NCBI RefSeq assembly: GCF_009914755.1
Contig: NC_060925.1
DNA: 64,000 bases
Reading direction: 5' to 3' (one strand)
Origin: the human T2T-CHM13v2.0 reference genome, Homo sapiens
In this document: one piece after another, positions 49,454 through 64,000 of the stretch
Numbering within the stretch: the first letter of the stretch is position 1
Layout of the letters: every line of letters starts with the position of its first letter
The notes under the pieces: model-generated
The model's database searches: none
Told to the model about the DNA's origin: nothing
What the model saw: the letters and a program-made list of their open reading frames with translations, nothing else
Translations under genes and position numbers: made by a program

Positions 49454-49746
49454 TTATGCTCTCCTTTGCTTTTATTACAGTCTAGTAAGGAGCTTGGAGG
49501 GCTTTTAGACCCCCATAATCTCCATCACCCTCCTCAAAGCTGCTCTAAATAAACAAATTTAAGTAAAAAGTATTTGTTATATAAATGCAGGATGAAGACT
49601 TATTATGATGGCTTTTCCTCTTTCAACCAGATTGCAAGATACAAGCCTATTTTTAATAAAATTTCTGGTTCCCTACTCTGGTACTAATGCAAAGATTTAT
49701 TTTTCTTAGGGATGAGTTGTGGCCAATTGATATAAAAGGAGATATA

Positions 49747-50045
49747 GGCCAGGCATGGTGGCTCGTATCTGTAATCCCAGCACTTTGGGAGGCTGAGGCA
49801 GGTGGATCACTTGGGGTCAGGAGTTCAAGGCCAGCCTGGCCAACATGGTGAAACCCCATCTCTACTAAAAATACAAAAATTAGCAGGGCGTGGTGGCTCA
49901 TGCCTGTAATTCCAGCTACCGGGGAGGCTGAGACAGGAGAATCGCTTGAATCTGGGAGGCAGAGGTTTCAGTGAGCCGAGATTGCGCCACTAGACTCCAG
50001 CCTGGGCAACAGAGCGATACTCCACCTCACACGCACACACACAAA
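49747..50045 (+). mobile_element. AluS with (CA)n-converted tail
   Basis: TSD aaag(g/a)agat(a/g)ta. Confidence 0.93.
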
Positions 50046-50327
50046 GAAGATGTACTTTCTTCTTTTGATACTTTTTTACATATTTGACGCATTTGTGATA
50101 GAGAAATGGATTATGATTATTCTATCCTTCTTCCTTTTACTAAGGTAGAATGAGCCAAGGTCAGTGGGGCCTGACGGATCTCAGGGCCTTTGCTGTTCCT
50201 CTCATCCCTGGCTATGGTTGGCTAAGTCTCTTTTTCTTAGGTCTCAGGGTGTTCAGCTGTTTTGGGAACTTGTTGAAAATTGTTGTTTTGCAGTACAAAA
50301 GACACTCTGTTACTTTTTAATCAATAT

Positions 50328-50620
50328 CTTTTTTTTTGAGACAGGGTCTGGCTCTGTTGCCCAGGCTCGACTACAGTAGCCCATCTCTGTTCACTGCAGC
50401 CTCTGCCTCCCGGGTTCAAGTGATTCTTGTGCCACAGCCTCCTGAGCAGCTGGGACTACAGGCGCGTGCTACCATGCCCAGCTAATATTTTTGTATTTTT
50501 AGTAGAGATGGGATTTTGCCATGTTGTCCAGGCTGGCTTCGAACTCCTGGCCTCAAGCGGTACACCCGCCTTGGCCTTCCAAAGTGCTGGGATTATAGGC
50601 GTGAGCCACTGCGCTGGGCC
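50328..50620 (-). mobile_element. Alu (old S or Jb)
   Basis: TSD taatca(a/g)tatcttttt. Confidence 0.92.
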
Positions 50621-50778
50621 AGTAATCAGTATCTTTTTAGCATATTACTTATTTTGGGGGGATCCTCCAAATCAGGGGTCTCCAGTGTGCTAAATATTTG
50701 ATAGAGCATAGGGAAATTTGAGTATTTTAGTTTCCGAGTATTAGTAAAGAGTGGCTCACATTGCCTTTTACTTTATAC

Positions 50779-52795
<2,017 letters not shown>

Positions 52796-54421
52796 ATTAG
52801 GCTGATTTGTAGGTATGAATAGTATTTGTCTGTTTGTATTGGGCCCCTTATTGCTGCCACTGAGAATCTTGAAGTTGTCTTGAATATTTTGCTTCAGAAC
52901 TGTCACTGTCTTGAGCAGGCAAGTTACTGTTGCCCCAAATCTTCAAGGTGAGAAACAGGTTTGCAATCATTTTTTTGCAGGAGAATACATGATGGCACTT
53001 TATATCAGGAAGCGAACTTTTAAGGTGAGCACTCTGAAGTTGAAGCATTTCCAAGTTTTAAGTGGGACTGTGCCCTACCTTAGTTCTTACTTCATCCTTT
53101 AAACTGTGTGTCACACTGGAGTAGGCAGTTTCCCAGCCCCATACCCAGCTCCACCAAGATCCTCACTTCTTTCATCATTTGCCCATTTTTCCCCAGGCTA
53201 TGTTTGATCTTGCTCTGAGGCCTTCTTTCTTGGGAGGTATAGCGAGAGTAGCTGCAGAAACCTCTGGGTGGCACCCTGCCCCCACAGGATTACCAAAGAA
53301 TGACATGTGTGGAAGAGGCTCAGGCCTGTGTTGGCAGGAAGAAGTGACTCATTTTTCATCAAAGGAATTTCAAAGAACATATAATGACAGGATGATGTCA
53401 CAGGAGCAGGTGGAGACAGGAACCTTGATTGAGCTGCTGGAAGATATTAAATGGTGTGGCTGCCTGGGCAGTCAGAATGATTGACCAGCATAAATCACAG
53501 GAAACATCACCTGTTTTTTAGTTCCTATTTCATGAGCCCTGGTGTGGGCAGTGCTGTTCATGTGCCCTCAGAGCATATGGTTGAGTCTATGCATGTCTTG
53601 GGTATACTGTGTTTGTATCTGGGTGAGATGGCTCACAACATCCTGTGCTAGTCATGGACTTCTTTTTCATGCAGGGCGGCGTGTGTGGGTTCCTGCACTG
53701 TGTGCCTCAGTTCTATAGCTAGCAGGGTCTGTGTCTTGGAAATGAGCCTCACATGGTCATACTGGCTGGTTTGAAGGCATGACATTTCCTCTGACATATT
53801 TAGAGAGGGGAACTTGCCTTGACATCAGAAGGTCAGATCTCAGAATTTTTTACCTTATTGCCAAAAGTACCCTAGTTCCATCTAGTATTTTGGCAAGAGC
53901 TAGATCTTTGCTCAAAGCCCAGTTAAGTCTTGTGGTGGTGGTGTTTTTCTTCTTTGAGTAGAGGGCCCTCCAATGGTGTTGTATGGTTGAAGCTGATAAG
54001 GTGAGGCGGAGTGTGGTGGCGGGATGGAGAGTTTCAGTCAGGATAAGTCTTAGTATCTTTTCATATCGCAAAGCAGTAAAGTTGGTTAGGTTATTCAGGC
54101 TGTTATTTATATTAAGATTGTGAAAGAGTGCTCCTGGTCATCATCATGCACCTACCAGAGTCTGTGTGATTATGAGGTTGGAGGCTAAATTAGCCATTTA
54201 CACAAAGATAAAAGAGAGGCTAGCATTGATAATATTCTGCCTCAGGTTTCAGGCCTCTCAAGGAAGGTCTTAGGAGAGATGGCTTAGCAATATCAATTGC
54301 TGCCTTTGTGCTTATAACTCGTTCATCTGAAGATGGCCTGGAAAAAGGGACTTTTAGGCTGCATAGGACACCACCAAAAAAGTAGAAGATACTACCTCTC
54401 TTTAAGATGTATCAGGGCTGG

Positions 54422-54747
<326 letters not shown>

Positions 54748-54754
54748 TCAGAAG

Positions 54755-54925
54755 AGCTGGGCATGGTAGCTCACACCTGTAGTTCTAGCTACTCGGGAGG
54801 CTAAGGCAGGAGGATTGCTTGAGCCCAGGAGTTCAAGGCTATAGAATAGTGCCATGATTGTGCCTGTGTAGTCACTGTACTCCAGCCTGGACAGCATAGA
54901 GGCCCAGTTTCTTTAAAAAAAAAAA
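54755..54925 (+). mobile_element. FRAM / AluJ right monomer
   Basis: Monomer; TSD aagatatatcagaag at about 54740 and 54946. Confidence 0.85.
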
Positions 54926-55579
54926 TTTTTTTTTTAAATAAACCCAAGATATATCAGAAGCAAGAAGGAAAAGTTAAAAAACAACAACTATAATTTGAAA
55001 GGGAGGAAGGAAAGCTTTATTTATTTCTTGACACAGTCTTTAATTGTTACGTTCTTCTGGCTGATCATGAGTTTTGTTTTTAGACAATATTACTAGGTAC
55101 ACTGTAGGATGTAAACAGATCTTTGGAGTAGGATAAGAAGGAAATGAGTCAGATAACTTACTTCTTAGAGAAGGGTGCTGGACTTTCCGGGGGCTTAGTT
55201 AGCAATATTCCTCCTCCCTGCTAGCAGCCATCTCCCTGTATCTCTTCATGAAATAACAAATCATTAGAAGAGATTTTTAACCTGAAGTGCTGAAGGACCC
55301 AGGGAAGAAAGTTCCCTAGGGTGTATTTGATTTGGGAGCCCCCTGAGGGTAATCTGTGGTGATGCTGTTTCAGAAGTCACCACCTGACTCATTGTCAGAT
55401 GAGTCTGAGCCCAAGACTCGTACCTGCCACATAATATATACAGGTCCTCTCTCCCTTTGGTTATGAGCTAAAGGCCTTTAATCATGAGGTAGAGGAGTGG
55501 ATAAGGGAGAAATATCTGAAACCCAATTAACCAGATTCCAGAATGTTAAGGGAATCCATGTGGGGGCTGGGATTCTGAA

Positions 55580-55581
<2 letters not shown>

Positions 55582-55622
<41 letters not shown>

Positions 55623-55648
55623 ATGTGTGTGTGTGTGTGTGTGTGTGT
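55582..55648. repeat. Compound (CT)n(GT)n microsatellite
   Basis: Seen directly. Confidence 0.95.
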
Positions 55649-55669
55649 TTTGGTGGGGGGTGAAATGAC

Positions 55670-55832
55670 TTTTTTTTTTTTTTAATTTGAGACAGAGTCT
55701 CACTCTGTCACCAGGCTGGAGTGCCGTGGCATGCTCGGCTCACTGCAACCACCAACTCCCTGGTTCAAATGATTCTCCTGCCTCAGCCTCCCGAGTAGCT
55801 GGGATTACAGGCACGCGCCACCACGCCCGGCC
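55670..55832 (-). mobile_element. Solo AluSc-type monomer with TSD
   Basis: TSD gaaatgacttttt at 55662 and 55835. Confidence 0.88.
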
Positions 55833-56014
55833 TAGAAATGACTTTTTTAGGGGCTCACCTATAGGATAAAATCCAAACTCATCTTGTCATTTAAGATCTT
55901 TCATAATCCAGTCCAACTTTCTATAACATTAAATCAAAATTATACATGTTCTTACTTTAAAAGGTTAAAATATTACTATAAGGCATATGACAAAAATAAT
56001 CTGTATTTTCCACT

Positions 56015-56310
56015 ATTTTTTTTTAAGAGACAGGGTCTCACTCTTCCACCCAGGCTGGAGTGCAGTGGTGTGATCATGGCTCACTGCACCCTTGAACTCC
56101 TGGGCTCAAGGGATCTTCCCACCTCAGCTTCCTGAGTAGCTTAGACTATAGGTGTGCACCACTGCGCCTGGCTAATTTTTTTTTCTTTTTGTAGAGTTGG
56201 GGGTCTTGTTTTGTTCTCCAGGCTAGTCTCAAACTCCTGGCCTCAAATGATGCTCCTACCTTGGCCTCCCAGAGTGCTGGGATTGCAGGTGTGGGCCCCC
56301 ACACCTGGGC
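56015..56310 (-). mobile_element. AluJ
   Basis: J diagnostics. Confidence 0.9.
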
Positions 56311-57103
56311 CACATTTCTGTTTCTTTTTTTTCTGCACACACAAACAGCCAGAATATATTTCTTTCTCTTTTACTAGTGATTCTTGATTTTTTTTTTTTT
56401 TTGGTTTTGAACATTATCTGTTGATATTCTACTACAGAAAATTAGGGTTTAGTTTTTTTATTCTTACCCCCTTAACGTACACACTTTCTCTTACCCCTTC
56501 TTCCCAAAGTCACACGTTATTGCCGTTATATTCAGTGTTCAGATTATTGTGATTATATAAATATTGCTTAAAGGTGAGCTATGTAATATACTATGATTAC
56601 ATTTCCTTTTTGGACCAACTTTTAATTTTTCCTGGAATTAATAATTGCCATATTTTGTCACTTGTTTACTGATCTATGTACATACCTTCAGACTCTCTCA
56701 TGGGACTCTAAGACTTCTCTCTCAGTATGTTGAAACATATCAAATAATCTTTTAGTTCAATAGTCTATTTGGAGACATCCCCCAGGAGCTTTCTCTTATT
56801 CACTCTGGATGGGTTGCTCTTAAAGCCTTTAGTAAAGCTGTCATCCTGGCACTTCCCTTCACTATCATACGGGGAAATTCCCTCACCTGTCTTCCCTGTT
56901 GGATTTCATGTTTCCCAGAGCTGATGTCGTATTTCATGATGTACTCCATTTTTTCATTGTGGTATATCCTAGCTTCCTGAGAAAGGATACAAGGGAGGTA
57001 AATGTTTTTGAGACTTTGCTTATCTGAAAATGTCTTATTCTACTTTTCATTTGATTAAGAGTTTGAGTATAGAGTTCTAGGTTGCAAATCACTTTCTAGC
57101 AGA

Positions 57104-57200
57104 TTTTTTAAAAAATTATTTAAAATTTTTTTGTAGAAATGAGATCTCGCTATGTTGCCCAAGCTGGCCTCAAACTCCTGGCTTCAAGCAATTGTCTGGC
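57104..57200 (-). mobile_element. Partial FLAM/AluJ left arm
   Basis: tgtagaaatgagatctcgctatgttgccc...caaactcctggcttcaagcaat. Confidence 0.75.
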
Positions 57201-57246
57201 TAATACTGCCTTTTAAGTCTCTCTAAGGATATTAATTAGAGGCTGT

Positions 57247-57447
57247 CTTTCTCTCTCTCTCTCTCTGTCTCTCTCTCTCTCTGTCTCTCTCTCTCTCTGT
57301 CTCTCTCTCTCTCTCTCTCCTCTCTCCTCTCTCCTTCCTTCCTTCCTTCTTTCCCCTTTCCCTTCCCTTCCCTTCCCTTCCCTCCCCTCCTCTCCCCTCC
57401 TCTCCCCTCCCCTCCCCTTCCCTTCCCTTTCTTTTCTTTTTTCCTCT
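57247..57447. repeat. (CT)n/(CCTT)n/(CCCTT)n pyrimidine tract
   Basis: Seen directly. Confidence 0.93.
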
Positions 57448-57574
57448 GCATCCAGCATTGTCTCTGTTTCTTCTGAGCTCCTTCTATTTATTTTGGTCTC
57501 TGTCTTTCATGTTAGAAGTTCTCTTAAAATGTCTGATGTTTCTTGGTGATCTTCACATTTAAGACTTGGGCCCT

Positions 57575-57844
57575 GGCCAGGCACAGTGGCTCACACCTAT
57601 AATCCCAGCACTTTGGGAGGCCGAGGCAGGTGGATTGCTTGAGCCCAGGAGTTCAAGACTAGCCTGGGCAACCCCATCTGTACAAAAAATTACAAAAATG
57701 AGCTGGATGTGGTGGCGCATGGAGGCTGAGGTGGGCAGATTGCTTGAGCCCCGGAGGTTGAAGCTGTAGTAAGCTGAGACTGCGCCACTACACTCCAGCT
57801 TGGGCAACAGAGTGAGACCCTGTCTCCAAAAATAAAAAAAGAAA
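57575..57844 (+). mobile_element. AluJ with internal deletions
   Basis: J diagnostics; gcgcat-ggaggc junction; TSD aaga.(t/c)tgggccct. Confidence 0.9.
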
Positions 57845-58044
57845 GAGCTGGGCCCTAAAATGCTGATTGGTGGGACTCGTTAACTGGTATACTCCTAATG
57901 AATAACCAGGTAGAGGAGGTTGGTTTCCCCAGGAAAGACTGGCCAGTCTCCCATCTGGGGGCCAATTCTGGTAGCTAGAGCTCTGGGCCAAGTGGAGCAA
58001 TTGGCCAGTCTGGAAGGGCCTCATCGTTCATTGTCAAAGTTTAT

Positions 58045-58523
<479 letters not shown>

Positions 58524-58934
58524 TGAAGACTTCCAACCAATCTTGTTTTCAGCCTTACTCTGCAGCATGCCTTCTCCTACCAAGTCTTCAGAGGTTCCTG
58601 GTGCTTCCAATTTCTGAGCCTTTCTGGGATTCTGCAGTACAATTTACCTTGTTTCTTATTGTTGCCCATTTCCTGCAGGCACTTAGCAGAGAGAAAGAAA
58701 GCTGACATTTAAGTTTTCGACCATTTGTTTATCCACACTCCAGTGTATCAAACTTTTGTTGCTATTTCTTATTCTTATTTTCTGTGGGTTTGTGCCATTT
58801 TAATTCTCTTACTGTCACTTTTCTGAGGTTTCTGAAAGGGAGCTAAATGTGCTTATTAAATTTGTGATGGATACCCCAAAGTTGGCAGAAGTTAATCTTC
58901 CCAATTTACTTACCTCTCTCTGAGCCTCCTCAAC

Positions 58935-59355
58935 CCCAACCCAAATACACAAACCCTGTGGTTCATTCTAGTGTCACTTGTACTTTCTGTTTTTCATTCT
59001 CTTCCTCATGCTATCTCTCCTCCTGGAGTGTTTACTCTTCTTATTTCAGACTGTTGAAATCCTATACATTCTTCTAGTCCCAGGTTATATTTCTTATCTA
59101 TGGAAGCCTTTTTTTTGACTTCCCCAACAGGAAATGACCATTTCATTGACTGAATTTCTGAAGTTCCATTCACTGAGTTCTTATAGTCTTGCCCTCCTGA
59201 CACAGCCTGTACTGCTTTATGTTAAGACTATCTGTATACATATTTCTCCAGTTAGATTGTAAGCTCTTAAAGGATAGTAGCATAAGACTGGCTTTGTAAT
59301 TTTTTTTGTTATTGATAACAATCAACATAGTACCTAGGCAACTAAATATTTCACA
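58935..59355 (+). mobile_element. L2 3' region
   Basis: ttagattgtaagctcttaaagga...acatagtacctaggca. Confidence 0.65.
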
Positions 59356-59356
59356 G

Positions 59357-59520
59357 AACCACAGAATTTTAGAGCTGGAAAAGAATTTAGAGATCTAGAA
59401 TGTGAACTCATTTTATGAATGAGTAAACAGATCCAGTGTAGTTAAACGATCCTGAAGTCATTTAATAAGCCAAGAACAGAACTGGACCTATAATCGTCTC
59501 TAGTTCTGTAATGTCTAAAT
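59357..59520 (-). mobile_element. MIR (MIR3-like)
   Basis: cacagaattttagagctggaaaagaatttagagatc...cattttatgaatgagtaaac. Confidence 0.7.
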
Positions 59521-59661
59521 GCATTGATAAAATCTGATATGTGCTTATTTAGATATTCTGGTTTATCAAAGGTTAACCAGAGAGTGCTTTTTGTTTCATT
59601 CTTGTTGAAAATTTTTGTCAATATCTTTTTGGTTTTAGTAATTAGGTATGCCATAGGTAAT

Positions 59662-59810
59662 TTCTTTTCTTTTCTCCCTCCTTCGCTGCCTCTCTCTCTT
59701 CTTTCTTTCTTTTTTCCTCCCCTCCCCGCCCCTCTCCTCTCTCTTCCTTTCTCTTTTCTTGTCTTTTCTTTCTTTCTTTCTCTTCTTTTCTGTGTGTGTG
59801 TGTGTGTGTG
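59662..59810. repeat. Pyrimidine tract plus (TG)n, expanded Alu tail
   Basis: Seen directly. Confidence 0.85.
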
Positions 59811-60058
59811 TTTGTTTTTTTTTTTTTTTTTTTTTTTTTTGACGGAATCTTGCTTTGTCACCCAGGTTGAAGTGTAGTGGCGTGAGTAGCTGGGACTACA
59901 GATGTGCATCCCCACACCCAGCTAACTTATTGTATTTTTTCATAACAACAGGGTTTTGCCATGTTGCCCAGGGTGGTCTCGAACTCCTGGGCTCAAGAAA
60001 TCTGCCCTCTCGGCCTCCCAAAGTACTGCGATTACAGACGTGAGCCACCGCCTTGTGC
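59811..60058 (-). mobile_element. AluJ with large right-arm deletion
   Basis: gtagtggcg-tgagtagctggg junction. Confidence 0.87.
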
Positions 60059-60139
60059 TGTCTCTCTTTTTCTCTTTCTCTCTCTTTTTGATAAAAATCA
60101 GGATCTTGAGTATTCTGGATTTTGTCAAAAACTGAGCTG

Positions 60140-60563
<424 letters not shown>

Positions 60564-61300
60564 TTAAGAAAATTTTAAAAATTCACTGGATATGATGTAT
60601 TTGGGGTGATTCTTTCTTTCTTTCTTTTTTTTTTTTTTAACCTAGCAGTAAAGTACAGGCCCAGTTGGGTCCTACTTAAAGTTTTCCTGTTTGACAATTT
60701 ATCAGGAATTATTATTGCTTAAGATAGCTTTGAAGTAAATTGTCTGTGTCAAAGACCTTCCTCCACTTCTCTCACTTACCTAGCTCTTGGCAGCTGTTTC
60801 CAAAATGTTTGCACTAACTCCATAGATTCATGTCTGAAGGATTAGATACTCCAGGAACATCTATTGGGAGAAAGTTTAACTACAACTGTTGTCCATTTTT
60901 CAATTAATGTGCCAGTCACTAATCAAAAAAACAGATGCTGTCGTTTTCCTCATCCACTACTTGGGACACCTAAGGATGGATGGACAGATACTTAAGAGGC
61001 TGCCTCCTTCTTCTGAGATTGGGCTTTTCATCAGGGCTGTGCCACAGGGTGTGATGCTGTGTGATAGCAGATGGCTCTGCTTCATGCCCATTACTTTTTG
61101 TTTTATCCAAAGTAGAAGCTGTGGTCCCCAGATTTTAGAGAGTAAGGGCTTAATCATACTCATTGGCTTTTCTGCCTTTGCCTGTTTCTGCATTGCCACC
61201 TGGCTGCCATTAGAGGGAATTCATTACAACTCTGAGTCCCTGCAGGGAGCTGAGAGGAGCTATCCTTGTGTTTAGGATGGGACATGTGTTCTTAAAACTG

Positions 61301-61593
<293 letters not shown>

Positions 61594-62147
61594 TTAAAAA
61601 TGGTTACCCAGATTTCCTTTTATGACTTGTTCAGTCAGAGGCAGCTGGGAGGATGCACGCTGGGGAAAGCATTACTCACCAGGCACACATAGTGGCCCTG
61701 ACTGCTGGCAAGTAGTCTGGGCTGTGTTAAGAGTGAGTCACCTCGGGGAATGGAAAAATTGCAAGGTACTGAGGGGTAGGAGTTGTGTGCCAGTGACTGC
61801 TCCTTTTCTGTCTGCTATTTTCTCTATAAGGACTCATCACAAAACCATAAATACTGACGATCCTGTTGAGGCAGCCGTGAAGCCAACCAACTTTATGGTG
61901 ATAATGTTTCCCATAAAAGGAATGAGCTGACTGGACATAGCATTGTTGCCTTCTATGTTACAGGTGTATATAGATTTTGACACAAGCTTGAACTTGTATA
62001 ATGAAAGTTCCATGTGTGAGAATTTCATCAGAATAAAAGCAACACAGTTTTCTTTGTTGTTTAAAAACTCAGTCTTCTGTGTCTATCTATCTTTGTCCAG
62101 TAGGGGTCACTGAGGGTTAGGCTCTCAATAAGAGAAACACTAATCTA

Positions 62148-62550
<403 letters not shown>

Positions 62551-62934
62551 GAATATTTCTGGACAAAAATAACAATCCTGGGCAAGATTCTGGAACAGTC
62601 CCCATAGACAGGGCTTCTTTTCTTCGTATCATTTTTTTCTCCATTTCTTTAAGATGTTGGCTACCAGAGTTTCCTGGAAAAAGCTTACTAGATAGATATT
62701 ATTTCATTGGGGAAAAGGGTCAAAATTCCAGAGAGAGAGATTACTTAAAATGGTAATATGGCTGTTGAGGTTGACTAGATATTCTTGTCCTTTCCCTTTT
62801 TGAAGCAATGCTGTCGAAGCCTAATTTGACTTAGTCATTGAGCTGTTCAATACCACACATTACTTTCACTTACCTTCTTGCATTTGCCACTGAGGATGAC
62901 TTGATGCCCTGCTAGGAGGTCTCTTGTGTGGTAA

Positions 62935-63190
62935 TCATAATAACAAGAGTTGGCATTAATGAGTCAATGTTTAATGCTTTTTAAATAGTTAATGCTTACT
63001 GTGTGCCAAATATATTATGCATTTTCTCACTTAATCCTCACTGTAACACTGTGAAGAGGTAATTTTATTATCCCTTTTTGACATGAGATAACTATGGATT
63101 AAAGAGATTAAGTAATTGGTTCATAGATACACAACTAGAGATTGTGAAATCAGAATTTGAATATAGGTTTGGCTCACAAATTATATTTAC
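62935..63190 (-). mobile_element. MIR
   Basis: tgcttactgtgtgcca...ttaatcctcac...ttattatccc...agagattaagtaatt. Confidence 0.8.
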
Positions 63191-63201
63191 AGCCCTGGTA
63201 A

Positions 63202-63552
<351 letters not shown>

Positions 63553-63737
63553 AAGAGTGAGTTTTCTAAGTGCTGTACCAGAGCATCTCTCACTTTATTT
63601 TCTGCCCCTCCTCTTTAGTGTTACTTTCCCTTTTCTTTCTTAAGGGTAAGACCTTCAGTTGCTGAGCTTGATAGGAAGGCCATCTAGAGTTAGATCCTGG
63701 GCAGAATCCATATCCGGAGGGATTTCCAGAAGTGGAA

Positions 63738-64000
<263 letters not shown>

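Noticed and set aside
56871-56882. GGGAAATTCC kB consensus
   Set aside because: Isolated and inside the HAL1-like relic; no supporting cluster

Overview
Primate (human-like) non-coding genomic DNA with no supportable protein-coding exon. About 62 Alu/FLAM/FRAM elements were counted by eye (roughly 37 minus, 25 plus; about 1 per kb), many with readable target-site duplications (TSDs) and several nested. They sit on an older layer of L1M, HAL1, L2, MIR and DNA-transposon relics (MER5A, MARNA, Charlie-type). The ORF track is mostly Alu frames, low-complexity tracts and decayed L1/L2 ORF2 peptides; the rest are short chance-length frames. The one RNA-derived gene copy is a 3'-truncated, tailless 5S rRNA retropseudogene (23602-23692, minus) with a perfect 13-bp TSD. 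The best unexplained structure is a 50-nt stem-loop in apparently unique DNA at 12054-12103. Other points of interest are candidate cis-regulatory motif clusters (about 2.6, 28.1, 47.4 and 61.8 kb), a trimeric Alu, repeated re-use of single insertion sites, closely spaced inverted Alus and a 545-bp polypyrimidine tract. The window looks like the interior of a large intron, probably of a plus-strand gene (inference). I found no evidence of a new multi-gene system. Repeat subfamily calls and old-repeat boundaries are by-eye estimates against recalled consensus sequences.
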